The notes under the pieces were generated by a model, which worked only from the letters and a program-made list of their open reading frames with translations, did not search any database and had not been told where the DNA came from. From positions 1-31,661 of the IMG/VR virus record IMGVR_UViG_3300012667_000409: DNA of 31,661 nucleotides; one strand, written 5' to 3'. Position numbers and translations under genes: made by a program. The DNA comes from a virus (Duplodnaviria; Caudoviricetes). Below, piece after piece: positions 7,266 through 16,418 of the stretch. How positions within the stretch are numbered: position 1 is the stretch's first letter; each line of letters starts with the position of its first letter.

Positions 7266-8999
7266 TTAATTTTGGTTGTTCAACCAGTCATCTAAGTTGT
7301 GCAAAGTATGCGTGTCGTTATCATAGTAGACGTTACCAGCAGGTCCAGTCAATCCACAAATACGATTCTTACTGAGTACAACTTTGGTTGTATTGCGTTC
7401 GGTTGGGTCTTCTGCGTATTTATTTCGACTTAGCAAAATGTTAGCTGAAGCTGATTTAATAATAGTAGAACTACCCTGAATTTCTTCTTCTGTGAATGCA
7501 CCACCCTGTGAAGAGTTTTGTACTCCAGAAGCTGATTTACGAACGTGGTTAATGAAGATCAAAGTTACATTGTGACTCTTAATGATACCCTTGGACCATT
7601 TCATAAACAACGCTTGGTCTTCGTTTGATAAACCATCAAGAATGTCCTGCAAAGGATCAAGCACAATGATTCTACAACCGCATGATACTACAAGTTCTTC
7701 TACTGTATCTTGAATCTCTTCGATTGTACCATCACGATTATCAAGTAGGTAAAAGCGATGCTGACCATCTTCATTGTAGAAAAGCTCATTTGCTTTATCA
7801 CGTACTTTGTCAGATTCCAGCAAGTCTTTCTTTGCGTTGTCATCTTGAATCAACGATAGTTTACGACTCAAATGCCGACCTAGTAAAGTCTCTCCATATT
7901 GACCTGAATCTAACTCCATAGAAACAATACCGATTTTATGCGGCGAATTGAAAATCCAGTGATAGATCATTTCATTAACAAAAGATGTTTTACCAAGACC
8001 AGTACCTGCAGCAATATTGATGATGTGACCCAACGGTAGACCACCAACAAGCATTTCGTTCAGTGTATTCATAAATGGTGGAAACGGTACTTTCGCAACT
8101 GTAGCTTGAGCTAGAATCTTATCGTACAGTTCACCAGAACCAAGTACACCAACTGGTGTGTATCGCTTTGCTTCATAGAAGTTGCGTACAAACTCTTCCT
8201 CTTTACCTTCTTCAAGATAAGTATTAGGGTCTTTGTATCGCATGTGCATAATCTTAACTTTACCCTTGGGTAGAGCCTTGACTACTTCTTCTGTTGCTTC
8301 TTTACCAGCTTTGTCATTGTCATAGCACACAATAATTTGATCGAAGGTGTCGAAGAAACGATATTGAGCAGCAATTTGTTTGTGTGAATTAGCACCAGTA
8401 GTAGGGCTAACAACAGCAGTTTCATAACCAGAACCACGATTCTTGTTATAGTCCGAAAGCATTTGATAAGCAGATAACGCATCTAATTCACCTTCTGTGA
8501 TTAGAATATATTTTCCACCACGGTTAAATTTAAACTGCATGAACAATTCGCATTCAGCACCAGTGCGACCTTTAGAATAAAAGTTCTTTGGTACTTCACG
8601 GATTTTGTATCCTACAATCTGACCATCTTGAGTAGCTGGATAATATTGCTCTTCAACATCACCATCTTCATCATACGCATAACGTACACCAAAAGGCTTT
8701 GTGGTTTCATCTCTTAGTCCACGAAAACCCTTACCAGCAACACCAGTTACAGATTTGATGTAATCATTCTCTTCCAGTGTCATAGCAGGTTTACCACTAG
8801 GTTTAATTTCCATACTCTTTTCTTCCTTTGTAATTGATGTTCTAACTCGTGTAGTCTTCTTGGAATTTTGTTCCTTGAATTCACTAGATGGTTTCACAGC
8901 TTGACATGACCAGCAATATGATGAACCACCTTCGTATAATGCTTTAGCATCTGAACTTCCGCATTTTTCACAACTTGTATGTTTAATAAAGTTTGCCAC
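7266..8999 (-). CDS. DNA primase-helicase (T7 gp4-like)
   Basis: Zn finger CEKCGSSD...CWSC, TOPRIM TEGELDALS and YDNDKAG, Walker A AGTGLGKT, DnaB-type QGSS and KNR motifs. Confidence 0.95.
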   Translation of the reverse strand: MANFIKHTSCEKCGSSDAKALYEGGSSYCWSCQAVKPSSEFKEQNSKKTTRVRTSITKEEKSMEIKPSGKPAMTLEENDYIKSVTGVAGKGFRGLRDETTKPFGVRYAYDEDGDVEEQYYPATQDGQIVGYKIREVPKNFYSKGRTGAECELFMQFKFNRGGKYILITEGELDALSAYQMLSDYNKNRGSGYETAVVSPTTGANSHKQIAAQYRFFDTFDQIIVCYDNDKAGKEATEEVVKALPKGKVKIMHMRYKDPNTYLEEGKEEEFVRNFYEAKRYTPVGVLGSGELYDKILAQATVAKVPFPPFMNTLNEMLVGGLPLGHIINIAAGTGLGKTSFVNEMIYHWIFNSPHKIGIVSMELDSGQYGETLLGRHLSRKLSLIQDDNAKKDLLESDKVRDKANELFYNEDGQHRFYLLDNRDGTIEEIQDTVEELVVSCGCRIIVLDPLQDILDGLSNEDQALFMKWSKGIIKSHNVTLIFINHVRKSASGVQNSSQGGAFTEEEIQGSSTIIKSASANILLSRNKYAEDPTERNTTKVVLSKNRICGLTGPAGNVYYDNDTHTLHNLDDWLNNQN

Positions 9000-9537
9000 C
9001 GTACATACCTTTCTTTGATTTCAAACCCATTGTTTTTATAAAAGCACCTATAGATTCTGATGTTTTACCAAATGCTCTGCCTATCTTAGCATTACTCCAT
9101 CCATTGTCTCGTAAAATTAAAACAGCCTCTCTACAAGTATTATAATCGTAGTTCAAAGAGCGAAGATTATTTTCAAGAGCATGAATAGCATTCTCTCTTC
9201 TTGTACACCATTCTAAATTATCCAAGTCATTATTAGATTTAATACCGTCTTTGTGGTTTACTACTAAATCTTCACAACCTTCATTGTATCTGAAATTAAT
9301 CATCAATAGTCTATGTATCCTGTGAATTTCTTGAGTATTATTTCCGTATAACATTACATACTTATATCCATTAGAGTCAGTTCGGTGTTTTAAAAACTTC
9401 TCTTTTAAAGTTCTAAAACCATTTGAACATCTTACAACTCTAGGAGGGCAATAGATTTGTCCGTTTTCATACAAAACATACAATCCCTCCATCAATGAGA
9501 CTGACTGTAAAATTTTTAAATTATCATCTAATGCCAA
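8983..9537 (-). CDS. HNH homing endonuclease
   Basis: IHRL...VNHKDGIKSNNDLDNLEW...N; C-terminal HTH-like segment; AT-richer than its flanks. Confidence 0.9.
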   Translation of the reverse strand: MALDDNLKILQSVSLMEGLYVLYENGQIYCPPRVVRCSNGFRTLKEKFLKHRTDSNGYKYVMLYGNNTQEIHRIHRLLMINFRYNEGCEDLVVNHKDGIKSNNDLDNLEWCTRRENAIHALENNLRSLNYDYNTCREAVLILRDNGWSNAKIGRAFGKTSESIGAFIKTMGLKSKKGMYGGKLY

Positions 9538-9546
9538 TTCTACTCC

Positions 9547-10590
9547 TTATTCATTTTTGATCAACCATTTATTTGAGATAGCCTTAAAACTACGATCATG
9601 AATGCTGTTACTCTTGAATACAAGACCTTCACGTTCAGAAGCATTAAGTTCTGACTTACCTTCAGCTTGTGCAAGAATACCCGAAACACTTTCACCTACA
9701 AGCGAAATGTCTTCAGCAAGAATTGGTACATGCTTTAGACCCAAACGCTCACACGCAGCTTTAAGTTGCACAGGCAAAATGTATTGCCCTGTATGAGTAT
9801 TGTACATGTCATAGACGTAGAAGTCAAGCTGAGTTTTGTACTGGTTACCTTGGATGCCTTCACCAATCATCTCACCTTGGATAGCCATACCCTTCATGAA
9901 ATTGCGGCGCATAATATCCTCAACTTGGAACTTACGTGCTACTTTCCAGAATGAATTTGCTTCGTCTTCTTTCAAATCTAAGTTACGTGAGCATACATGA
10001 AATACGTCTTCATCATCCAGATAGAACGTGCAAGAGGAACCGTCAAGCTTTTCAGTAATTGACCAAGTATCTTCTTGGAATTTACCATTAAATTCTTTTA
10101 CAAGATTCTGAATACGCTCTTGATCAGTCTTTGGTACTAGTGCAGGGAAATTACCTCGTGCCATACCAGCAAGTTGAGCATTCATTGGGCGCTCCCATTT
10201 GAGGATACCAAGCTGTTCAGTTACATCAAGACCCTCAAGATCAGAAAACCACGGAGTAGGTCGAGGTCCAATTTTTGCTTCAAGATTTTTGTCAAGAGCT
10301 AGCAACAAACCTTGTGAGATTTGACCACGTAGTTTAATTGTGCGTAGACGTTCACCTTCTACACCTTCAAATACTTTTGGAAAGTGTCCAGCTTTGGTTA
10401 AAAATGGTGCAAGGGTTGTTGGAACCCACGAATCAATTTCAAGGTATACAGCAAGATCACCTGCAATATATTCACCCTTCTTTACTACGACTTTCCAGCC
10501 ATCGACTACAGCGACTTCAATAGCGTCTGCACCTTCGATGGGTTCAATTGCTGCAATACTGCGAATGGTTGCGAGTTTACGTTCTGTCAT
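9547..10590 (-). CDS. ATP-dependent RNA ligase, DRB0094/Rnl5-like
   Basis: N-terminal OB-like RKLATIR...IEGADAIE...VDGW; motif I TEKLDGSS; QGE, EGLVFK, FKAIS. Confidence 0.9.
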   Translation of the reverse strand: MTERKLATIRSIAAIEPIEGADAIEVAVVDGWKVVVKKGEYIAGDLAVYLEIDSWVPTTLAPFLTKAGHFPKVFEGVEGERLRTIKLRGQISQGLLLALDKNLEAKIGPRPTPWFSDLEGLDVTEQLGILKWERPMNAQLAGMARGNFPALVPKTDQERIQNLVKEFNGKFQEDTWSITEKLDGSSCTFYLDDEDVFHVCSRNLDLKEDEANSFWKVARKFQVEDIMRRNFMKGMAIQGEMIGEGIQGNQYKTQLDFYVYDMYNTHTGQYILPVQLKAACERLGLKHVPILAEDISLVGESVSGILAQAEGKSELNASEREGLVFKSNSIHDRSFKAISNKWLIKNE

Positions 10591-10766
10591 TTGTTCTTTC
10601 CTTTCGATTTAAAATGCTTGATTGTGAAATAAGAGATAGTTTTCATAGCCAAACCAGATGATAACATACCTAGTGACAATACAGCTACTAAACCATCAAA
10701 TATTTCTGACAATCCAAAAAGCATGAATTGCCACTTTGGGATAGGACTGCGTGTTTTATCAATCAT
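10587..10766 (-). CDS. small hydrophobic protein (59 aa)
   Basis: Read by hand: MIDKTRSPIPKWQFMLFGL...; ATGA overlaps at both ends. Confidence 0.6.
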   Translation of the reverse strand: MIDKTRSPIPKWQFMLFGLSEIFDGLVAVLSLGMLSSGLAMKTISYFTIKHFKSKGKNK

Positions 10767-11659
10767 AGATCATCCTTATGTCGAATACCAACTAGCACTG
10801 GAAAGCGAGGGACATTATATCCTGTTCCAACGTCAAAATATTTAACTTTTGCAAGTTGACCAATCAATGTTTCTCTGCGTTGCCACAAGTCTTCTCGAAT
10901 TGCATCAGTCATACCACTACCACAACTGAATGTATCGCCTTTAGAGGTGCGTAGGATCAACGATCCCATTGTATCTAGGGCTACCATACCATCTTTAGCT
11001 GTAGAGCGTTCTGTGCGTCCTAATTCATTGGTCTTTGCTTCATTGGTGTTGGTGTACTTCGGTTCCCAACCAATGATTTCAAATTCATTATCTACAAAGC
11101 GTTTGACCTTTTGTAGTTCTGGATTTTTAGTACCAGAGCGACCGCATTTATATGGCGCATTTTCATCTCGTAGCATTACACCTTCTGCACCCATTTCAAG
11201 CATTTCAGCTTCGAAGTCATCAATATCCGACATATCTACTACAGGATAGTGTGGAAGCATTACGACTCTTTGAGGTACACCTGTCAATGTCTGCAGACGT
11301 TTATAGCGGTTAATCCAACTCGCTGTCGGGTGATACCTGTCGAACACATAGAACTTAAAATCAGGTTCACCACTCTGACGCATAACTCCAGAAGTACTTT
11401 GATTGAATACATCAGGTGCATTCTTATCGCCTACGATCAGTTCACCATCCATACCTTCTAAAATATGCGCCCAATAGTTTACATAAGCTTGTATCTCCTT
11501 GTTTGGAATCGGTTTGAGACTGCGTGAGTAAGCCACACCCATAAATACAATGCAGCGAATACCATCAAGTTTTTCAGACATGTACATGCTAGACGGTTGT
11601 GTCTTGACTTTGGTGTGCTCGATTGCTAACTGCGGCTTAAAGCCTTCTGGAATTGTCAT
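10763..11659 (-). CDS. ATP-dependent DNA ligase
   Basis: SEKLDGIR, DGEL, FYVFD, EGVMLR, KVK and C-terminal OB fold (GSG...PRFP). Confidence 0.95.
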   Translation of the reverse strand: MTIPEGFKPQLAIEHTKVKTQPSSMYMSEKLDGIRCIVFMGVAYSRSLKPIPNKEIQAYVNYWAHILEGMDGELIVGDKNAPDVFNQSTSGVMRQSGEPDFKFYVFDRYHPTASWINRYKRLQTLTGVPQRVVMLPHYPVVDMSDIDDFEAEMLEMGAEGVMLRDENAPYKCGRSGTKNPELQKVKRFVDNEFEIIGWEPKYTNTNEAKTNELGRTERSTAKDGMVALDTMGSLILRTSKGDTFSCGSGMTDAIREDLWQRRETLIGQLAKVKYFDVGTGYNVPRFPVLVGIRHKDDL

Positions 11660-11769
11660 CAGTGTTCTCCAATCTTAAAAATGCGGTAACGTTTGTTGCC
11701 AAGCTTCAAGTATACACCAGCATAGTAGAAAATTTTAGGTGATTGCCAAATTAACTTAGGTAGATTCAT
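11659..11769 (-). CDS. hypothetical protein (36 aa)
   Basis: MNLPKLIWQSPKIFYY...; fills the gap with an overlapping stop/start. Confidence 0.5.
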   Translation of the reverse strand: MNLPKLIWQSPKIFYYAGVYLKLGNKRYRIFKIGEH

Positions 11770-11926
11770 CTTCAGCTTCCCATTCTGCAATAATTCGTTG
11801 TGCTTCTTCAAAACCTTCCCAATTATCTACGCCAGCAGCTTCCAATGCACATAACCAACGGTCACGTTCAAGTAGTTTAAAATATTCCTCTTCAGGAACC
11901 ATTGCGATTTTATCACCAATATTCAT
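11756..11926 (-). CDS. conserved phage hypothetical protein (GVDNWEG motif, 56 aa)
   Basis: Read by hand: ...WLCALEAAGVDNWEGFEEA...; AAGGAG RBS. Confidence 0.75.
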   Translation of the reverse strand: MNIGDKIAMVPEEEYFKLLERDRWLCALEAAGVDNWEGFEEAQRIIAEWEAEDEST

Positions 11927-12288
11927 TTCGTTTTCTCCTTAACTTTACTTTTGATAACATCAAGCTCTTCTGCAAGCTTCAGTTCAATAAGTTCCACTGT
12001 CTGTTTACCAATAGTACTTTCCATAACTTTTTCACCAGTATAAGCACCAGCCATCATCCACATTGTGCGTTCGCTCGGTAGCAACGTACTGATTGTACCA
12101 CAAGTTAGAATCAACACCAGAGGCCACTTGTAAAACTTACCACGAGTTTTCCAAGAGGATTCATTTGATATTAGATAACCAACAGTGTATAGACTGAATA
12201 AAACAATACTGGTAATAAAAATCAAACTTATAAAACTTGCTACATTGGTAATTACACCTGCAAGATAAATTACAAAAGCTAAACTCAT
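11923..12288 (-). CDS. membrane protein
   Basis: Hydrophobic helices; LPSERT motif. Confidence 0.8.
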   Translation of the reverse strand: MSLAFVIYLAGVITNVASFISLIFITSIVLFSLYTVGYLISNESSWKTRGKFYKWPLVLILTCGTISTLLPSERTMWMMAGAYTGEKVMESTIGKQTVELIELKLAEELDVIKSKVKEKTK

Positions 12289-12422
12289 CGCTGCACCACC
12301 TGCAAAATCATGTTAACACCTTGTATGACCATCTGTTGTTCCATAGGATTCAACTGATGCCATGTGCGTTTGTCACCGAACTTAGCTGCTACTGCAGACC
12401 AAAACCGTTCTAAATCACTCAT
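12285..12422 (-). CDS. hypothetical protein (45 aa)
   Basis: MSDLERFWSAVAAKFGD...; AAGGA RBS. Confidence 0.65.
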   Translation of the reverse strand: MSDLERFWSAVAAKFGDKRTWHQLNPMEQQMVIQGVNMILQVVQR

Positions 12423-12828
12423 AATTTTCCTTTCGATAAGCTAATTCTTGTTTCATCAAGTCCTCTACGTAAGTACCCTTGATGTGCCATTGAGTCTCAA
12501 GTATAGCATGAATATGATCATCTTCCATTTCGCACAAGCAAATATATCTTCCATGTGGCAGATACTCACCGTTCTTACCGTAGGATTTCCATACAAAAGC
12601 TTCACGAATAGTCTCAAAAGGATCGCTTAGGCATACATCCATAGATGTAGCAGGTGTTGTATTTACGCTACGGCGCAAGTAATCATTACCACCGTCTACA
12701 ACATAAGTTTCACCAGAAAACTTATCTGTGTACTCTTTGTAGTCATGTCTGTGATAGCTACGCAGGTAAGTACCATCAGGTGTCATGATAGCGTTGCAAA
12801 TAATAGTTTCATTCTTCATCTTCATCAC
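12415..12828 (-). CDS. conserved phage hypothetical protein
   Basis: SYHRHDY...VDGGNDYLRR motif; exact start uncertain (several Met codons). Confidence 0.75.
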   Translation of the reverse strand: MMKMKNETIICNAIMTPDGTYLRSYHRHDYKEYTDKFSGETYVVDGGNDYLRRSVNTTPATSMDVCLSDPFETIREAFVWKSYGKNGEYLPHGRYICLCEMEDDHIHAILETQWHIKGTYVEDLMKQELAYRKENYE

Positions 12829-12964
12829 TCCATGTTTCTACAACTTCAGGGTCATTTGCTGTTGGATCAAAGAATTCTAGCGCATATTTGATAGCTTCAG
12901 CTTCATTGAACACATCATCAATTACCAGTGTTTCTTCAACTTTGATAGTTACAAAATATTTCAT
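12809..12964 (-). CDS. hypothetical acidic protein (51 aa)
   Basis: MKYFVTIKVEE...; GGAG RBS. Confidence 0.65.
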   Translation of the reverse strand: MKYFVTIKVEETLVIDDVFNEAEAIKYALEFFDPTANDPEVVETWSDEDEE

Positions 12965-12980
12965 TTTATCTCCAAACAAT

Positions 12981-13002
12981 AAAAGGAGAGCCGAAGCTCT
13001 CC
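12981..13002 (-). terminator. Rho-independent terminator
   Basis: GGAGAGC-TTCG-GCTCTCC-TTTT downstream of the SPFH gene. Confidence 0.85.
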
Positions 13003-13007
13003 GTTTG

Positions 13008-13808
13008 TTACTTACCTACGTTAACCATTCCCTTGAAATCCATCGGTACAACAATCGTATGTACACGACCTGCTGCAATACCTTCTGCAATCTTCATTTG
13101 TGCTTGAGCTTGCATATAAGCGATAGATTGACCAGAGTTAGAACTCAGTGCAGCCATGCGCTCAGATTCTTTCTTAGCAATATCAACTTCAGTTTGCTTA
13201 ATCTTTAGTTCATTCTGAGCACGAACATAGTTGGTAGCAGACTGCAGGATTTCAGCATTGGGTAGAATGTTACGCACTTGCACAACGGTCAATGATACAG
13301 AACCATCTAGTTTTTCAGCTTTGAGTTGTTCATGTACAGTATCACGAATTTGCTCTTCAATCTTAGCACGATTGTCTGCAACCTCAAGTGACTTATAGTT
13401 ACGAATAACTTTGTACGCTGCATTATTAACCAGTGTACCAATGTATGAATACATCAAATAGATATCACCTTTTTGTTCAGCGTGAAAACTACGACTCTTG
13501 GTTGAGTACAATTCAGCTACAGCAGTTGGATTCAGACCATAAACAACAGTCATGTCAAAATCAGCCAATGCACTATTGTCTGCAGTCATTGGTGTTTTGT
13601 TGTCAAGGTTGATTGTGATATCTCGAACTGGAAAAGTCAACACAGAACCAACAAGAGTTTGATTCCATGAACCTTCTCGTAGTTCAGAACCTTCAATTTG
13701 CTTTGATGCATTGACACGTACACCAACTTCACCTGTTTCAATACGAGTGCAACCTGTAGAAGCCAAGGCAACTACAACAGCAAGAATAAGACCTTTGATA
13801 AATTTCAT
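13008..13808 (-). CDS. SPFH/Band-7 (prohibitin-like) protein, probable lipoprotein
   Basis: Signal/lipobox-like STGC, RIETGEVGV, C-terminal coiled coil. Confidence 0.88.
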   Translation of the reverse strand: MKFIKGLILAVVVALASTGCTRIETGEVGVRVNASKQIEGSELREGSWNQTLVGSVLTFPVRDITINLDNKTPMTADNSALADFDMTVVYGLNPTAVAELYSTKSRSFHAEQKGDIYLMYSYIGTLVNNAAYKVIRNYKSLEVADNRAKIEEQIRDTVHEQLKAEKLDGSVSLTVVQVRNILPNAEILQSATNYVRAQNELKIKQTEVDIAKKESERMAALSSNSGQSIAYMQAQAQMKIAEGIAAGRVHTIVVPMDFKGMVNVGK

Positions 13809-13823
13809 AAATACTCCTTTTAG

Positions 13824-14000
13824 TTAAAACAAAATAACAATGCCAGCCAGAATTGACACAGCAATGAATCCAAAGAATAGCAAGTATAGCACAGTTTTCA
13901 CTGCTTGCCACTTTGCTGATGCATCTGATTCTTTAAAAAAGAAAAAGACCATTGCTACAATCAGTGTAGCTAATGCAAGTACAAAAATTAGTTTGATCAT
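13824..14000 (-). CDS. small two-TM membrane protein (58 aa)
   Basis: MIKLIFVLALATLIVAMVFFFF...; lies directly upstream of SPFH. Confidence 0.7.
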   Translation of the reverse strand: MIKLIFVLALATLIVAMVFFFFKESDASAKWQAVKTVLYLLFFGFIAVSILAGIVILF

Positions 14001-14230
14001 GAATTTTTCTCCTTAAATAATTTCAGAACTTCTCTTACTGCAGGTACATACATGTCAGCTTTTTCACCCCATGACCAACCTGCATCAAGAAAGATATTTT
14101 CGATTTGTCTATCGGTTAGATCAACCCATTCTGAAGGTTTCATACCAGCTTTATAGCCATCAGCATAAGCTGCCTCGATAGCTTGTTTTACTTCCTCAAG
14201 TGCATTTAAAGCTTCTTGTATTTTACTCAT
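13997..14230 (-). CDS. hypothetical protein (WVxLTD...KEKN family)
   Basis: ORF with RBS; shares its C-terminus with the next gene. Confidence 0.8.
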   Translation of the reverse strand: MSKIQEALNALEEVKQAIEAAYADGYKAGMKPSEWVDLTDRQIENIFLDAGWSWGEKADMYVPAVREVLKLFKEKNS

Positions 14231-14562
14231 GAATTTTTCTCCTTAAGTTTGGCTTCGATGTTGTCCATCAAGTCGCCAAGGGTTTCCCACGGAATTCTGC
14301 GAACAGTCAACTTGTCTTCATCCGTCAGCCCAACCCATTGCCGCTGTGCTGCGGGTGGTATCGCCTCTGCATGAACCTGACCGCACTTGCGACACATCGT
14401 TTTTTCTTTGCTCTCGTACCAGCAGGGCTTCAACGCCACAGGCTCCTGCACAGGTGCTGCATTAGCTTCAGCTTCCAACCGAGTATTACGAGCACGTAAC
14501 AAACGATTCTCTTGCTTTAGTTCTTCAATGTAATTTTGCATACGTTCTTCTGCTGTACTCAT
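14227..14562 (-). CDS. hypothetical protein (QEPVA...WVGLTD...KEKN family)
   Basis: ORF with RBS; GC-richer 3' two-thirds. Confidence 0.8.
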   Translation of the reverse strand: MSTAEERMQNYIEELKQENRLLRARNTRLEAEANAAPVQEPVALKPCWYESKEKTMCRKCGQVHAEAIPPAAQRQWVGLTDEDKLTVRRIPWETLGDLMDNIEAKLKEKNS

Positions 14563-14798
14563 AGTTTCTCCTTACTCAGATACTTATTGGTAAAATATTT
14601 ATAAGCCTCAAATGATACCCTATCCATCCAAATAGTAATATTTGAAGTACTTTGTATATTTTCCGTCCAAATTCTGGTAATAGTTCTCAAAGTGCATTCA
14701 CCAATAAAACCGTCATTACAGAAAGTTTCATGGTCCCTAATTATAGTTCTAAATTCTTCTTCAGTTATAGAAGAGATAAAGTCATTCCAACTAATCAT
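14559..14798 (-). CDS. hypothetical protein
   Basis: ORF, ATGA-coupled. Confidence 0.7.
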   Translation of the reverse strand: MISWNDFISSITEEEFRTIIRDHETFCNDGFIGECTLRTITRIWTENIQSTSNITIWMDRVSFEAYKYFTNKYLSKEKL

Positions 14799-14968
14799 AC
14801 TTTCTCCATCTTAATGTTCTTGAGAGTAGGACTCTTACGCATTTGCATCAGATGCCAGCTTGCACTTTTATCGTCACAAGCGTAAGAACGATTGCTGATT
14901 GTACCATCGTTTTTAACTTCTTGCCATGTCAAACGAATGTTTTTAATGTCTTTTGCTTTTAGCTTCAT
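14795..14968 (-). CDS. hypothetical protein (57 aa)
   Basis: Read by hand: MKLKAKDIKNIRLTWQE...; ATGA-coupled. Confidence 0.65.
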   Translation of the reverse strand: MKLKAKDIKNIRLTWQEVKNDGTISNRSYACDDKSASWHLMQMRKSPTLKNIKMEKV

Positions 14969-15279
14969 GATCCCATCCCTTCAGATGCAATTGGTTTGTA
15001 CACTGTATTACGAGTGATGATTGTACCATCAAAAAGAACTTTTCTAACAACTGATGTTCTTACATCAAAGCAGTTACCTAGTGCTGGATGAGCGATCACA
15101 TACTGTAGATGTGCTACAGGTTGCTTAGGATCACCATTCCAGTTAGAAAACTGCGGTACACCTATATAGTATACTACTGGTTTTTCTTGCTCCTTCTCTA
15201 CGTAAGCAACTTTTGGAATGCACCCATGTTGCATACAGTGCTGTACTGTTTCGCATTCATCGCAAATAACTCTATTCAT
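14965..15279 (-). CDS. hypothetical protein, first gene of the leftward arm
   Basis: AAGGAG RBS; N-terminal CxxC...C...C. Confidence 0.75.
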   Translation of the reverse strand: MNRVICDECETVQHCMQHGCIPKVAYVEKEQEKPVVYYIGVPQFSNWNGDPKQPVAHLQYVIAHPALGNCFDVRTSVVRKVLFDGTIITRNTVYKPIASEGMGS

Positions 15280-15596
15280 AAAATACTCCTTTGTTTGTGT
15301 TTAAACTTATGCTTAACTTCAGTAAGAACTCAAGTTATTACCTAAGTTATACTTTCCGTAGGAACCGCAGCATAGCCTTTTAGAGCGTAAACCTAAGTTT
15401 ACCTCTTTATGGCTTGGCTACGATTTCTTTCCGTGAGGTATCGCTTGTCATTCAATGAATACACAGGGAACTTACGCTCTACCAAGTATACACCCTTTTA
15501 CCTAGACAAGATGGCAAAAGCCACATAGTTCGGTTGGGATTATCGGTCAATTGCTCAGACCTGAAGTAGTTACCGTTCTTCATACCCATGAGCAGC

Positions 15597-15625
15597 ACTG
15601 TAACAGATTTTCTTGGTCTTGTCAA
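15597..15625 (-). promoter_or_regulatory. leftward sigma70 promoter
   Basis: TTGACA-N17-TACAGT with extended -10 TG. Confidence 0.7.
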
Positions 15626-15671
15626 CACCTTTTGCGAATAAATTGGTAAGGTAAACTTACTTTAATTGCAC

Positions 15672-15700
15672 TTGACTATTTGTAAATATTTTGCTATAAT
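15672..15700 (+). promoter_or_regulatory. rightward sigma70 promoter (HNH gene)
   Basis: TTGACT-N17-TATAAT with extended -10 TG. Confidence 0.8.
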
Positions 15701-15807
15701 TATAAAGCAATAGCTAAAGTAGTCATGAACTTTAGTAATAAGAGCAGCTTCCCGTGGCTGCTTTTTGCTTTTTGCTTTATAGCACGGGTGTTTGACGGGA
15801 ATCAAGT

Positions 15808-16413
15808 ATGTATAAGAAATGTGGTAAGTGTAAAGAATTAAAATTATTTTCTGAATTTTATAAAGATAGGTCTAATGTGGACGGTATTGAGGGTCATTGT
15901 AAAATATGCCGAAAAAAGCAGAAAGTTGATTATTATAGTACTAATAGAGATCGTATTCTGGAATGCCGTAAAAAGTACGCAAAAGATAACAAAGATAAAA
16001 TATTAAAGTATAAAAAAGATAGTGAAAATAGAAGGCGCTCGTATGGAAGAGAGTATTACATTTTAAATAAAGAAGAACGTAAGGCTTACAGAGAAAAGAA
16101 TAAGTTAAAAATTAAATTACAGAAAAGACTTTATCGTTCAACTCACAGGTCAAAATTCAATGCAAAATCAGCAAAACGTAGGTCTGCAAAGCTCAAAGCT
16201 ACTCCTAAATGGTTAGCAGATGTAGAATTGCAACAGATTCAAGAACTTTATGATGTTGCACAGGCCTTTAAACTATACACAGGTCAAGAGTATCATGTAG
16301 ACCACATTGTTCCGCTTCAAGGTCAAAACGTTTGTGGTCTTCATGTGCCTTGGAATCTTCAGGTCTTGCTTGCTAAGGAAAATTTGATTAAGCACAATAA
16401 ATTTATAACTTGA
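15808..16413 (+). CDS. HNH endonuclease with N-terminal Zn finger
   Basis: CGKC...CKIC, basic helical linker, YHVDHIVPL...GLHVPWNLQVL...N. Confidence 0.9.
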   Translation: MYKKCGKCKELKLFSEFYKDRSNVDGIEGHCKICRKKQKVDYYSTNRDRILECRKKYAKDNKDKILKYKKDSENRRRSYGREYYILNKEERKAYREKNKLKIKLQKRLYRSTHRSKFNAKSAKRRSAKLKATPKWLADVELQQIQELYDVAQAFKLYTGQEYHVDHIVPLQGQNVCGLHVPWNLQVLLAKENLIKHNKFIT

Positions 16414-16418
16414 GCTAC

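Noticed and set aside
5020-8999. Intein or group I intron in the polymerase or helicase
   Set aside because: The ORFs are continuous, of ordinary length, and show no C...HN splice motifs
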